Shown piece by piece: positions 1 to 12,369 of a DNA stretch of 64,000 nt. A program made the translations under genes and the position numbers. The notes beneath the pieces were generated by a model. The model was given only the letters and a program-made list of their open reading frames with translations. It searched no databases and was not told the origin of the DNA. The stretch comes from Felis catus (taxonomy: Eukaryota): the NCBI RefSeq assembly GCF_018350175.1, contig NC_058368.1, positions 806,001 to 870,000 on the forward strand, in the 5' to 3' direction. Position 1 is the stretch's first letter; the number at the start of each line of letters is the position of its first letter.

Positions 1-207
1 ATTCCTACCTGTGGACTAGGACGGTCTGTTTCTGTCCTGTCCTGAAATGTAACTCTCATATAGTCACAAAGCTTTAGAGTCTCATATTTCAGTTCATCTC
101 AGACTTGTCATGAATAGATTTTTGTTAATTAGTAGCTGTACTTTGTAATTGGATTTTCAAAATGTGATTTATGTAGTGGGAAGTGATTTATATTGAAAAA
201 GGACCCT

Positions 208-545
208 GGGGGCTCCTGGCTGGCTCAGTTGGTAGAGCATGCGAGTCTTGATCTCGGGGTCATGAGTTCAAGCCCCATGTTGGGCACAGAGTTTACTTTA
301 AAAAAAGAAAAAGTAAAAGGACCTCTGGTTAAGGTACTAATACTGGTTTCAATGTTAGATCTTTTAAAAATCTTTTCCGGTTGAGGGGCACCTGGGTGGC
401 TGAGTCAGTTAAGTGTCCCACGTCTGGCTCTGTGCTGACAGCTTGGAGCCTGGAGCCTGCTTCAGATTCTGTGTCTCCCTCTCTCTCTGCCCCTCCCCCA
501 CTCACGGTGTCTGTCTCAGAGATAAATAGACATTTTAAAAAATTA
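208..545 (+). mobile_element. Two CanSINEs (208-314 short type; 385-545 internally deleted)
   Basis: tRNA-like head TGGCTCAGT, A tails. Target-site repeat TTAAAAATCTTTTCC(G/A)GTTGA at 364-384 and 543-563. Confidence 0.9.
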
Positions 546-870
546 AAAATCTTTTCCAGTTGAAATTAAATGTTCCTTTTGGTTAAGAATTTAATGAAAA
601 TATTGCCACATATTATCTTTTTAAAAGATTAATACACAGAGATTCATAGGTTGAAACCAGTGGTTCCACTTGAGAGCGAAGTTGCTGGCAAAGGGCGTGT
701 GGCTGTGTGGAGCCTGAGCAGGAGGGCACAGTGAAGAACCGTGTTCACCAACCTGCTTGGGATAGAATCTGAGGATTTTTCCTGATGGCTAAAAATTTCA
801 AATCATCAAAAAATATCTTCTAAAGAATTTTGGGAATTAAATTTTCTTTTTTCTTTTTTTTTTTTAATAG

Positions 871-957
871 AACTTCCTAACTACAGTGGCTATTCTTTTG
901 GAAGCAGGAGCTTTTGTAAATGTCCAGCAGAGTAACGGTGAGACCGCTCTAATGAAG
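871..957 (+). CDS. MPHOSPH8: MPHOSPH8 internal coding exon (ankyrin repeat): NFLTTVAILLEAGAFVNVQQSNGETALMK
   Basis: Long poly-T tract and TAG acceptor end at 870; AAG|GTAAAT donor; 87 nt, phase 0-0. Ankyrin motif LLEAGAFVN..GETALM matches MPP8 as recalled. Confidence 0.96.
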
Positions 958-1198
958 GTAAATACTTCACACGGGTCACCTACTCCCTCGCTCTTCACAG
1001 ATGCCTCTGCCAGGCAGTCTGCTGGGGGCCGAGAATAGGATGGGGAACAGGACACAGATGTGTAAGAGAAACCGCTGAGCAAAGAAGCAGTTAAAAGCTG
1101 GTGTGAACAATAATGTAATAGGAATAAGCACAGAGAGCTCTGGAATTACATGAAAGTTGGTACCAGGCCTAGCAGTCTGGATTCAGAGCCGGACAGGG

Positions 1199-1471
1199 CA
1201 GGGCTTCTGGCTGGCTCAGTCAGTAGAGCATATGACTCTTGATCTCAGGGGTCATCAGTTTGAGCCCCACGTTGGGTTTAGATTACTTTAAAAAAAAGAG
1301 GTAAGGAGCACCTGAGTGGCTCAGTCGGTTAAGCATCTGACTTCAGGTCAGGTCATGAACTCGTGGTTTGTGAGTTTGAGCCCCGTGTTGGGCTCTGTGC
1401 TGACAGCTCGGAGCCCGGAGCCTGCCTCAGATTCTGTGTCTCCCTCTCTCCCTGTTCCTCCCAGCTCCTGT

Positions 1472-1515
<44 letters not shown>

Positions 1516-1740
1516 AAAAATAAAGATTAGGGGTACCTGGGTGGCTCAGTCGGTTGAGCCTCCAACTTCGGCTCAGGTCATGATCTCACGGTTCATGAGT
1601 TCAAGCCCCACATTGGGTTCTGTGCTGACAGCTCAGAGCCTGGAGCCTGCTTCGGATTCTGTGTCTCCCTCTTTCTGTCTCTCAAAGATGAATAAATGTT
1701 TTAAAAAAATTTTTTTAAATAAATACATAAAGATTTAAAA
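1199..1740 (+). mobile_element. Three tandem CanSINEs
   Basis: Heads near 1199, 1305 and 1529; (CT)n region in the two longer copies; A-rich tails. Confidence 0.9.
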
Positions 1741-2559
1741 AAAAATTTTTTTTTCTTTTTAAAAGAGGTGAGACACGGTGGATGTGATGGGTGGCTGAGC
1801 TGCATCCCACAGAATGATACATAAGCTGACAGGGATGAGCTGTGTGAGCGGAAACTGGAGTAAGATGTGTACTGACACCTGGGAGTGGGAAAGAGCACGG
1901 TGTGCTTACATTATGGTTTTACGTGAGTGGAATCAGATTTCTTCGAGTGTGTTTGCAGTTGTGGTTTGATGATTGTTTTGAATGGAAGGTTGCTAAAGCT
2001 TCCTACATATCTCCCCCTTTAATTGCCCCTCTCTGTTTACAACAGTTTTGTATTTGCCTCTCCTGGGGCCTAGCCCAGTCTAGAATGTTCCTGTGGCCGT
2101 TCTAAATTCCTGGCCTAAGATGCTGTTAGGACATAACAGGTCCTGACATCACACCGCGTGTTAGTTCCCTGCACGGAGGGAGGCTCTGTCTTACTGCCCC
2201 CTTCCTAGATACAGGTTGGTGCAAGCTCTTAATCCGAGTAGGTGTTTCTTGGCCGTACTGAGTTTCAGCTGCATTTCCTGAGTCAGTGAGAGCACAGGTA
2301 CAGGCTCAAGTTACCACTGGGCCTGGGCCTCAGTGTGGTCTTGAATCTTTGTACTCTCAAGGCCATCATCACCTGTCCCCTCGGCCGAACTCACTCCTTG
2401 TGCTGCTGTTTCACTTCTGGTTCGCGGAAATGCTTATTTTGTTCAGGAGCCCTACTTTCGAATTTTAATTTTCCTTTATGTGTTCCTGTTGCCATATGTT
2501 TAGAGCAGAGGTGGCACCCCAAAGCATGAATTAAAACTTTGTCTTACCGCGAAATCACC

Positions 2560-3480
2560 GGATACATGCTGCACAGCAGACACTCGAGTAGTCAGGCGTG
2601 TGGAGGTGCGCACAGGGCAGTGAGCGCAGACACAGGAATTAGGATGACCTAATCCTGAGAGCGTTCAGGAGCCGCTAAGCTGGAGAAACATAATCAGAAG
2701 AAAGGTGACTGTTTTTAATGTCCCCCTAGGTCAGTAGGGGGAAGGAATTGGATAAAAGACCAGGAGTTAGCAGACATATAGGGGACATTTTTTAAATTAA
2801 GTGAAATAGTAGTCTGTACCCAGGTAGTGACAGTGGAGATAGAAGTGGGTAGACCAGTGTTTTAAAGAGGTAGAATTCATGGCACTTGGTAATTGACGGC
2901 TATGCTTGTAATCCTGTTTGCTAATTTAGGGAACACAGTATACAATGGGAGTGGGGTTGCATTTGAGCTGAAAATGCTCAGATGTTTCACATTGTGATCT
3001 TTCGCTCAGGAGAAGGGTGTGGGCTGTATATTCAGATTCGGGTTCATCTGTGTAGACAACATGATTACAGCCCTAGGCTGAGAGTTGGGTCACCACTGAG
3101 ATTTGGAAGGGAAAGAACGGTCAGAGAAGGCAGCCACATAGGAAAGACCAGAGGAAGAGGAAGATCAGGAGGGAGAGGTATCCTGAGTGAGCTGGCCCGA
3201 AGCATCTGTGGGGCAGAGACGCCAAAGAACAATGGGCTGAGAAGTTGGGAGAAAGGGAGAAATTGCCTTTGGGGGTTAGCACTGCAGAGGGTGTTGGCGC
3301 CCTCATCTGGGCAGAGTTTGTATTGGGTTTGAGGGATGTGGGATTGCAGGGGCTGGGAAGGTGGATGCTGGATGTAGCTGGCATTTAGGAGTTGGTCTGA
3401 AAAGGAGGAAGGCAGTGCCCAGAGGGGAAGAGGTCGAGGGATGGTTTCTTGTTTCTTCCCAGAGAGGAGCTTAAGCATAC
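2560..3480 (-). mobile_element. Degraded L2 LINE fragment
   Basis: Purine-rich stretch with L2-like motifs (GTAGTGACAGTGGAGATAGAAGTGG, GAGGTAGAATTCATGGCACTTGGT); boundaries approximate. Confidence 0.5.
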
Positions 3481-3804
3481 GTAATAAACTGTTGTCTAAA
3501 TTAGACTGCCTATAAATGTATTTAATTTTGTTTTTTATTTTTTTGGTTTGCTTTGGTTTTTGTTTGTGTTGGGTTTTGGGGGGCACCTATTGTTTAAGCT
3601 TTACTTAGATTTAGTATATTAAATTGGTTTTATTGAATGTGAGAATTAGAAGAAATAAACCTGGGGAAAGATTTTCAGAAATGTTTAAAACAAAATAAAA
3701 AACCTTTCATCTTGGAAATAATGTATAAACTTGATCATTACCAGAATGTGAGGGTGTGGAGAAACCACATTCTCACCCCCTAATGTTGGGCATATGACTG
3801 GTCC

Positions 3805-3982
3805 CAGCAGGGGCCTCTCACCCTTCCTGCTACTGACATTGTGGGCCAGATCGCTTGTAGGATGTGTCACAGCATCCCTGACCTCTGCACCAGGTGACAT
3901 AGTACCCACCCTCAGGTGTAACAATTGTCATCAATTGCCTGAATTCCCCTGGGGGCAAAACCACCCCAGTGAGAACCACAGG
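3805..3982 (+). mobile_element. MER20-like hAT-Charlie MITE
   Basis: ACTGACATTGTGGGCCAGAT ... CCCCTGGGGGCAAAACCACCCCAGTGAGAACCAC matches recalled MER20. Confidence 0.75.
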
Positions 3983-4168
3983 GTTACATGCTTTTGAAGG
4001 GCATTTGTCAGATCTGTCACTAGATGCATGCCCTTTGACCTAGCGATTACACGGCTTAGACACCTGCTCTGTAGAAATGCTGTCCCGCATGCTCAGTAGC
4101 ACACGAGATGGCATTGTTCTTGTGGGAAAGCTTACCGGCTTGGCCCTGTTCCATGTACAATATGTTAT

Positions 4169-4513
4169 ATATATTTTAATATTGAAACATATTGTCAAAT
4201 TGGTTTCTGTACCACACCCAGTACTCATCCCAACAGGTGCCCTCCTCAGTGCCCATCAGCCACGTTCCCCTCCCCCATCTGCATCAACCCTCAGTTTATT
4301 CTCAGTTTTTAAGAGTCTCTTATGGTTTGCCTCCTTCCCTCTCTGTAACTTTTTTTTTCCCCTTCCCCTTCCACATAAGAGTGAAAACATATGGTATCTT
4401 TCTCAGTATGACTTACTTCACTTAGCGTAACACTCTCCAGTTCCATCCACGTTGCTACAAAAGGCCGTATTTCATTCTTTCTCATTGGCAAGTAGGATTC
4501 CATTGTATATCTG
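4169..4513 (-). mobile_element. 5'-truncated felid/carnivore L1 3' end with internal deletion
   Basis: ORF2 tail (track ORF: FVATWMELESVTLSEVSHTEKD) plus 3' UTR. Target-site duplication TGTACAATAT(G/A)TTAT at 4154-4168 and 4514-4528. Confidence 0.9.
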
Positions 4514-4534
4514 TGTACAATATATTATTTTAAT

Positions 4535-4715
4535 TTCAGCCTCAGTGTCGTGAGGCAGAAGTACCGTTATCCCCTCTTGACAAGTGGAAACAGTGAGACT
4601 CAGAATTAAGGGATTTACTTGAAGTCACAAAGCCGGTAAGTAACAGAGACAGGAGAGAGCCTGGATGTAGGTCTTTTTACTCTAGAAATGGTCTTTGAAC
4701 TGCATCCAGCTCCAT
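4535..4715 (-). mobile_element. MIR
   Basis: Core-like TTATCCCCTCTTGACAAGTGGAAACAGTGAGACTCAGA..AAGTCACA. Confidence 0.65.
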
Positions 4716-5244
4716 CTTAGATTTGCTGGATTCAGATTTGTATCTGTGCTTAATTAGTCTCCTTTAAAGCAGCTTCTAGGAAAATCGTGAAATTACTTTG
4801 TGATGCTAAGAGAGCTCCCTTAGAGATTCCCAAGAGGATCTCACTTGTCTGGGTGCTAAGATATCGGCTGCTAGGGCACAGGACTTGGTCTGAAGAGTGG
4901 AGCACGCCAGAGCTTAGAAAGGCCTGGTGTTTGTTCTGTCTTGGGACAGAAGTACCTTTCTCAGACTTGCCCGTTTCCCCAGGAGTCAGGGAGGAGATTG
5001 AATGTAGCACTGATTTCGGTACTGTTCGCGGACTAAAAGGAGCATATGCCACCTGTCGTTGATGTCACAGTTTGTAACCGTGGGTGAGACCTGATAACCA
5101 TGTTCTCCCCCCCCCCCACCCCCAGACCTTCTGTCCTCTTCTCGAAGAACACCTGGGCTCACGTGTGGAGAAGGGGACAAACACTGCTGGGTAGTTCTCT
5201 TATTTTGCAGTTAAGTGATTACTACTCCTTTTTTCCTGTCATAG

Positions 5245-5399
5245 GCCTGTAAAAGAGGAAATTCTGATATCGTACGACTTGTAATTGAATGTGGAGCTGA
5301 CTGCAATATTTTGTCAAAGCACCAAAATAGTGCCCTGCATTTTGCGAAGCAGTGTAACAACGTGTTGGTGTACGACTTGCTGAAGAATCATTTAGAGAC
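5245..5399 (+). CDS. MPHOSPH8: MPHOSPH8 coding exon (ankyrin repeat): ACKRGNSDIVRLVIECGADCNILSKHQNSALHFAKQCNNVLVYDLLKNHLE(T)
   Basis: Pyrimidine tract and ATAG acceptor; GAC|GTAAGT donor; 155 nt, phase 0-2. Continues the previous exon in frame. Confidence 0.96.
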
Positions 5400-5691
5400 G
5401 TAAGTGTGCGTGAATGTGCCATGGTTCAGTCACAGAGTCGTCTTGGACACGTCATCATTAGAGGTGTGGAACGGGAAAAGATTGTCGAGTGGAAGTCCCG
5501 CCAGGTTTCTGTTCTCAAAAGCTCATACGTTTAGTAAGTGCCATATGAGTTGTTTTTCCGCAAGTCCTTGAGGTCCTCAGACTTTTAAACTTAACACAGT
5601 CTTGCCTAGGAGTAACTCCTTAAAACCTTAATTATGCTTGTAATTTGGCTTACGGACATTTTCTCAAAACTGCGTAAGCTGTAGTTGTTGC

Positions 5692-6720
5692 TTTTTTAAT
5701 AGACATAATTTTTAGAGCAGTTTTAAGTCACGGTGAAGTTGAGCCGAAAGCCCAGAGGTTCCTAAATACCCTCTGTTTCCACACATGCACAACTTCCCCG
5801 CCAACTTCTGTCGCCAGAGTGGTGTATCCACTGAACCCAGTGAACCTGCATGGACTGTTCTCATCCAAACCCCCTGGTTTACCTGAGGGTTCACCTTGGT
5901 GTTGTGCAGCTTGGGGTTTTAACACATTGTAATGACATGTACCCACCATTGGTGTCATTCAGAGTGCCACTGCCCTGAACATCCTGTCCTGCTTATCCCT
6001 TCCTACCCCCTGACCCCTGGCAACCACTCGTCTTTTTACTTTCTCTCTAGTTTTGCTTTTTCCGGAATGTCATGCAGTTGTAATCCTGATGCTTGCCTTC
6101 TTCAGATGGCTTCTTTCTCATAGTAGTAGGCATCGAAGATCCTTCCATGCCTTTTTTTTAATGTTCGCTCATTTGTTTGAACTCCAGTATAGTTGACATA
6201 CAGGGTCACACTGGCTTCAGGTGGATGGTGTAGTGACCCAGCAAACCCGGTGCCCCTCCGTGACGAGTGTACGCTTTTTCCCGGTCACCTGTTTCAGCCT
6301 TCCCCCTACCAGCCTCCCCTCTGGCCACCACACTTCGTTCTCTGTAGTTAAGAATGTGTTTTTTGGTTTGTGTCTTCATTTTTCCTTGGTTTTGTTTCTT
6401 CAGTTCCACACATGAGTGAAATCGCATGGTATTTGTCTTTTTCTCTGACTTCACTTAGCGTAATGCTCTCTAGCTCCACCCATGTGGCTGCAAGTGACAA
6501 GACATCGTTCTTTTTTATGACTGAATAACATTACATTGTATATGTATTCCACATCTTTATTCATCAGTCGATGGACCAAGAGTTGGGCCGCTTCCAAAAT
6601 CTGACTGTTGTAAATAACGCTATAAAAACATAGCCACCTCCGTCCTCCGTGTCTGATGGCTTGATAGCACATTTCTTGTTTTACTGAATAGTATCGCATT
6701 GTCTGGATATACCCCAGTTG
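5692..6720 (-). mobile_element. Old L1MC-type 3' end interrupted by a younger carnivore L1 3' fragment (about 6152-6632)
   Basis: TTTTAGAGCAGTTTTAAG L1MC terminus. The inner piece has TTCCACACATGAGTGAAATCGCATGGTATTTGTC; the L1MC resumes at ATGGCTTGATAGCACATTTC. Confidence 0.8.
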
Positions 6721-6764
6721 ATCCTTTCAAGATCATTCTTTTTCAAGCGAATTATTAGTATTAT

Positions 6765-6930
6765 TTTTCTTTGTTAGAGAGAGGACAAGTGGGGAAGAGA
6801 GAGAGAATCTTAAGCAGTCTCCATGCTCAGCACGGAGTCCAACCCTGGGTTTGATTCCACAAGCCTGGTATCGTGACCCGAGCCAGAATCGAGAGTTAGA
6901 TGCTCATCCAGCTGAGCCACCTAGGCGCCT
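6765..6930 (-). mobile_element. CanSINE
   Basis: Ends CTGAGCCACCTAGGCGCC (reverse-complement head). Confidence 0.85.
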
Positions 6931-7019
6931 CTTTTTAAGTGAATTCTAAATCATTTTATTCTAATTAAAAGTTCATGCAAGTCATTCGGTAGCTTTTTCA
7001 CTTAATTATTTTGGCAACA

Positions 7020-7400
7020 CATAACAGAAGCTTCACAAACAGTCACAAACAGTAGGTAACACAAGTAAGGTGTTTATTGTTCATGTAACAGGAAGCCCGG
7101 GGGTAGGCAGCCTTCGGCAGGAATGGCCACTCTTCCCCTCTCTTCCTCCTCCACCGCCAGCCACGCTCAGGGTGTGACTCGGATCTTCGTGCCTGCACAA
7201 TAGTTACTCCAATTCCAGTATCAATATCCTAAGCAGCAAGTAAGGTAAATTTCAGACGAGAGACAAAAAACAGAACGAAAGGGCATGTGCGTGGTGAGTC
7301 TGCCGACATCGGCGGCCTTTGCCGGAAGCCTTCCCCAGCTGGTAATTTTTGTGTGTCTGTGATCCAGCACACCGGACTTCTCCTCCTAAAACCAGAATGT
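7020..7400. mobile_element. Possible MLT1 (MaLR) LTR remnant
   Basis: TTTATTGTTCATGTAACAGGAAGCCCGGGGGTAGGCAG and GGAAGCCTTCCCCAGC resemble MLT1J/K motifs; highly degraded. Confidence 0.4.
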
Positions 7401-7519
7401 CCTGGGCAAACCAAATGAGTCATTTAAAAATATTTTCTGAATTAGCACTTCTCAGTTCATTCGACTGCTTTCTAAACTAAGTACTATAACAAGGCGTGTG
7501 TGTGTGTGTGGCAGTTTTT

Positions 7520-7800
7520 GAATTTATTAATAGAATTCTCATTTTCATAGACAAATAAGTCCTGAGTGCTGTCCGTGTACCAGGAACTATTCGGAAGACT
7601 GGGAAGATGGAGACAGCAGTGAGGGAGAAAGATTTGCTCTCTTACAGCCTGAATTTCCATGTGACAGCACAGACAGTAAGACACATAGTGTGTCAGATGC
7701 CGAGTGCTAAAGAAAAGTGCAGAGAGGGAATGATGAGTAGGAAGTTAACGTTTTTTTTTTTTTTAAGTTGATTTGGGAAAGGCCTCACCGGTATTGAACA
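7520..7800 (-). mobile_element. L2 3' end
   Basis: ACAAATAAGTCCTGAGTGCTGTCCGTGTACCAGGAACTATTC resembles the L2 terminus. Confidence 0.6.
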
Positions 7801-7868
7801 GTTTGATGATAATGTGACTCATGGTTATTTTCTACATCAATATTAACAAGTCTATTCTTTTTTGTTAG

Positions 7869-8023
7869 ACTTTCAAGAGTAGCAGAAGAAACAATAAGGG
7901 ACTACTTTGAGGCACGTCTTGCTCTGTTAGAACCAATCTTCCCAATAGCATGTCACCGTCTCTGTGAGGGGCCAGATTTTTCAACGGATTTCAATTATAA
8001 ACCCCCACAGAACATACCAGAAG
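7869..8023 (+). CDS. MPHOSPH8: MPHOSPH8 coding exon: (T)LSRVAEETIRDYFEARLALLEPIFPIACHRLCEGPDFSTDFNYKPPQNIPE(G)
   Basis: TTTGTTAG acceptor; AAG|GTAAGC donor; 155 nt, phase 2-1; open frame joins both neighbours. Confidence 0.96.
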
Positions 8024-8368
8024 GTAAGCCTATGTTTTCTCTCAGTTTGAAAAGGGACACTTTAACTAATTTTTAAACAGTGTAGACCTCTTTCTGTGAA
8101 CATAACTTGAACAGAGTCCCAGTGTGTGTAATAATTCTGCAAAATGGTTAACAGCAGGGCTACTCTGGCAGAGAGAAACCCAGTTGCTACCCACCATCCT
8201 AGGTGACCTGGAGGGACCCACAGAGCACTGTGTTAGCACTTGTTTAAAAAGTACGGAAGTTGGGGCAGCTCTTTCTGCCCACAGCTCCTGTCCCCGTGCT
8301 TTAATAAAACCATTTCTCACACACACACAGTATGGAAGTTGGGTCTTAATAATTGTACTTGTTTGGTT

Positions 8369-8578
8369 TTTTCTTTTTTTAATGTTTATTTATTTTGAGA
8401 GAGAGTGCGTGCGTGCACAAGCAGGGGAAGGGCAGAGAGAGAGGGCGAGAGAATCCCAAGCAGGCCCCCGTCTGGCAGTGCAGAGCCCAATGTGGGGCTT
8501 GAACCCATGAACTGTGAGATCATAACCTGAGCCGAAATCAAGTCAGCACTTAACCAACTGAACCACCCACACACCCCT
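8369..8578 (-). mobile_element. CanSINE
   Basis: TTTAATGTTTATTTATTTTGAGAGAG ... CAACTGAACCACCCA. Confidence 0.9.
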
Positions 8579-8906
8579 AGTTATATGTTTTTTTTTTTTT
8601 AATTGAGTTTTATTAAAATTTAGTTAGCGTCAGGATTCTAAGCCCAGAGAGAATGTTTCTCCTGAATAAGCCAGTGTCTTGGCTCATCGTAAAGTTGAGT
8701 ACTGAGAGATGGAAACTTCAGTTCTGCTTGCTCGGCTCTGCTTAACAGGCAAGACCATGACCATGACCATGGCATGGCCTTCTCTGGGACACTGGGACAC
8801 CACATGTTTAAATGGAGATAACACTGTCTCTGCCTGAAAGTAGGAAGCTGGGCTTTTCCTTTTCTGTTAAAAAAATAAAAACATCCATTTAAAAAATATG
8901 TATTCA

Positions 8907-9100
8907 GGGGCACCTGCGTGGCTCAGTTAAGCGTCCAACTGTGGTTTTGGCTTAGGTCATTATCTCGTGGTTTCATGACTTAGAGCATTACGCCGAGCTC
9001 TGTGCTGACAGCACGGAGCCTGCTTAGGATTCTCTCTCACTCTCTCTCTGCCCCTCCCCCACTCATGCTAGGTCTCTCTCAAGATAAATAACTTAAAAAT
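8907..9100 (+). mobile_element. CanSINE
   Basis: GGGGCACCTGCGTGGCTCAG head, A tail. Confidence 0.9.
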
Positions 9101-10630
9101 TTTTTTAATTAATAAAATAAATCGTATGGATTCCTTAATGGAAATTTAATTAAAATATAGCCATGAAAATTTCATACCATGAAAAGACATCTATTCATAA
9201 CACCTGTGTTTAGTGACCTGGACACTGAAGAATCATTTGTGGTTTCCACTGTCCAGACGGTTAGTTCGCATTGCTGGGTGGCGAGCACCAGGTCGGGGGT
9301 TGGGGTGCAGGGATGGGTGAGTTGAGCCCGGCGTCTCCCAGCACGCGTAACTCATGGGCCCCAGAGCACCAGGACTGCCTTAGGGTTACTGAGGGCTCTT
9401 TTCTGCACATGCACAACATCTGCAGCCAACAGAAATTTTCTGTTTCCAAAATCTCAAAGATGCCTTGTCGTCCTCAGACGGAAGATCCTGATAGGTTTTC
9501 CTGCCCCTCGCTAGCTCGTGAGAGATGCAAGACTCTCAGGCCCCGCCCAGACCTGACCCTCAGTCAACACCCTGGTGAAGTCTCCATTTAGGAGCACACT
9601 CAGCCCTGAGAAACATTGACCTTGGGCTCTTGAGGAGACTGTAATTGTTCAACACCTAGTTTGGCTGGAGAAAATGTTTATATCGATACCACAAAACAAC
9701 TGCTGGCAAACTGATTAGAGTCCCTTGTGTCATTTTCTTCTGTGAAATTCAAGTATTTGTCAGAGGAGAGCAAATAAACACACCTCCCTTAGATCTCCTT
9801 TTGGTCAGAATAAACAGCACCTGAATGAAAGATTTTCAGATAGGATTTTCCCTATTGACCACGTGTCCCCATCCGGGCCATTTTGAAGAGTCACCACCCT
9901 CCTTTTCGGTGCAGTCAGTAATAAATACTCAACTCTTTGATAGTGGAGCTGACGGGAAAAAGACTGTAGGCCTTCTCTTCTTTTGAACCTCAGCACTCAG
10001 GTGAGTGGGGGGTTGCATTTTAAAGCTAGAGAGCAAAACCAGGATGTCAGACCTTAAACAGCTTGAAAGGAAAGGTAAGAGGGCCAGGGGCTCTGTGTGT
10101 CCTTCTTTCCCTGGGATCAGGACAGATGGTTCCTTGGGGTCTCTTTTATGAAGTATATAATTGTTCTGGACCATTGTTTTTTTTGTCCTGAAAGTGGCTT
10201 ACCAGAAGGGTCATGGAGTTCATACGCCTATTTTCTGTTATACTGGAAAGTATGGCTTATGTTCAAAGAAATGAGTCATGCGGTAGAGTTCGGATATTCA
10301 ATGAAAGCTTCAAACCTCATGTTCCTCCCCCTGCCTAGAATAAGTTTGGGTATTAACCGAAAAATCTGGAAAGAGCCAAATACCATGTGGAAGAAAATGG
10401 ACAATCATTCAAACCCACACCCAGAAACAGCCACCACAGAAGTTTGCTTCCATGGACATTTGCATTCCATGGACATGAATATGTATTCAGCTGCAAATTA
10501 TAAATACCGCTACTTTTTTAGACCAAAAACTGTTATGTAGAAAAGCGTATTTTTAAGATTTTGATTCATGAGTTCTCAGTAGGGATTAGACAGAAAATAA
10601 AAGGGATCTGTGGTTTGAAAAGTGCTGGGA

Positions 10631-10810
10631 GGGACACCTGGGTGGCTCAGTTAAGCATCTGATTCTTGCTTTCGGTTCAGGTCATGAGCTTATGGTTCAT
10701 GAGTTTGAGCCCCAGGTTGGGCACAGAGCCTTTGGAATTCTCTCTCCCCCTCTGTCTCTGCTCCTCCCCTGCTCACTCTGTCTCTCTCTCAAAATAAATA
10801 AACTTTTAAA
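10631..10810 (+). mobile_element. CanSINE
   Basis: GGGACACCTGGGTGGCTCAG head, AAATAAATAAA tail. Confidence 0.9.
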
Positions 10811-11006
10811 AATTTTTTTCTAATGCCAAGTTTTGAAATTGGAGGACTGATGATTTGGTGTGAATGGGCACCGGGTGGGGTGCTGCTCCACCCAGGCGCA
10901 TTCCGGGGACCGCTTCCAACTTGTACAGGGTGCGTCTCCCTCTGAGCTGAAAGGTGGCCATGTTAGGAGTGGTATTAAAATCTGTGTTTACATCTCCCTT
11001 ATTCAG

Positions 11007-11134
11007 GCTCTGGCATCCTGCTGTTTATTTTCCATGCAAACTTTTTGGGTAAAGAAGTAATTGCTCGGCTCTGTGGACCGTGTAGTGTGCAAGCTGTAGT
11101 GTTAAATGATAAATTTCAACTTCCGGTTTTTCTG
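11007..11134 (+). CDS. MPHOSPH8: MPHOSPH8 coding exon: (G)SGILLFIFHANFLGKEVIARLCGPCSVQAVVLNDKFQLPVFL
   Basis: TTCAG acceptor; CTG|GTAAGA donor; 128 nt, phase 1-0. Confidence 0.96.
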
Positions 11135-11990
11135 GTAAGATTTTCTGTAGTTCGTTACTGAAAAGCACATTCTTCTGATCCAGAAGCACAGATGACGTTT
11201 AAATTGCTGTTTTAATAAAGTACGTTAATTTTAATTTAGTAAACCACTTGGAAATGAGGCACTAACCCATAATCATAAAGTAAAATTGTCCCACATTTTG
11301 TCAATGTAAGTCTGGATTTCTAAATGTTTGATATATATGCCTTAAGTTACATTTACCACGTCTTAGAAATTCTTAAGGTAGAAGAAACATACTGATTTTA
11401 AAATACTCTGCCTTTTCCCACCGTTATAATTACAAACATTCACTTAAAGAAAAATTTGGAAATCCTAAAAGTATTCTGTTCTTCAAATACCCAGAAACAC
11501 AACCACTAGTATAACATGGGTGTACTTAGGCTGAGCTTTAGGCAACCATTGTACTGTAATTTTGCTTTATAATAACATCTATTAGTGGCTGGCTATATAC
11601 ATTTTTTAACATAAAAAAATGGTCTTGAAGAATCTTTGTGTATGTTTCCTTTTCCACAGGTAGAATTCTTTCCTTAGGCTGAATTCAGCAAAATTAACTG
11701 GTTATGAAGATTTTTAACACTCAGGCTCTATATGGCTGGATACATGCTAATCCTAAAGATTTATCTGAGTATTGTTTTTTTGCAGATAAATCTTAAGCTT
11801 TTTTGTCATTTGTATCTTTTTAATCAAGGGGAAAGTAGTCACAGGAAATTGCTTTATATAAATTAAAATACAAAACTGGTATTCTCTTCTACATCACTGG
11901 GAGTCTGAAAGGTTTTTGTTCTCTTAAGCTACAGTGATACTCTTAGACGTAGAAGTTTGAGGAAACACTGACTGTGGTCTTTCTCTCTAG

Positions 11991-12074
11991 GACAGCCATT
12001 TTGTTTACTCGTTCAGCCCTGCTACAGGCCTCAATAAACTCTTCATAAGGTTGACGGAAGCGCCTTCTGCCAAG
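11991..12074 (+). CDS. MPHOSPH8: MPHOSPH8 penultimate coding exon: DSHFVYSFSPATGLNKLFIRLTEAPSAK
   Basis: TTTCTCTCTAG acceptor; AAG|GTGACA donor; 84 nt, phase 0-0. Confidence 0.95.
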
Positions 12075-12124
12075 GTGACAATCCTTTCCTCACATTTAGT
12101 GCAACTACTCACATTGCTATTCCA

Positions 12125-12290
12125 GCAGCAAGCCCAATGTGGGGCTCAGTCTCACAAACCGTGAGGTCATGACCTGAGCCGAAGTAGGTGCTCAACCAAC
12201 AAAGCTACCCAGGTGTCCCTAAGCATCCAGGGTCGTGAGTTCACAAGCCCCACATTGGGCTCCACGCTGGATGTGAAGCCTACTTAAAGG
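12125..12290. mobile_element. Partial CanSINE pieces followed by a poly-G run
   Basis: Minus-strand head ends at 12219; a second SINE fragment spans 12228-12287. Confidence 0.7.
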
Positions 12291-12329
12291 GGGGGGGGGG
12301 GGGGGGGGAAGAACATACAATGTGTTAGA

Positions 12330-12369
12330 CATAATTGTGTGTCATAAATTGTGTGTCATAAATTGTGTG
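12330..12369. repeat. Tandem repeat, about 3 x CATAAATTGTGTGT
   Basis: CATAATTGTGTGT CATAAATTGTGTGT CATAAATTGTGTG read directly. Confidence 0.9.

Noticed and set aside
208..300. tRNA-like A and B boxes in SINE heads
   Set aside because: CanSINEs are tRNA-derived; no complete cloverleaf, so these are not tRNA genes.
3065..3586. 173-aa minus-strand ORF
   Set aside because: Lies in degraded L2-like intronic sequence; no recognisable domain or splice structure.
12288..12308. Long poly-G run
   Set aside because: Homopolymer length is unreliable in assemblies; no function can be supported.
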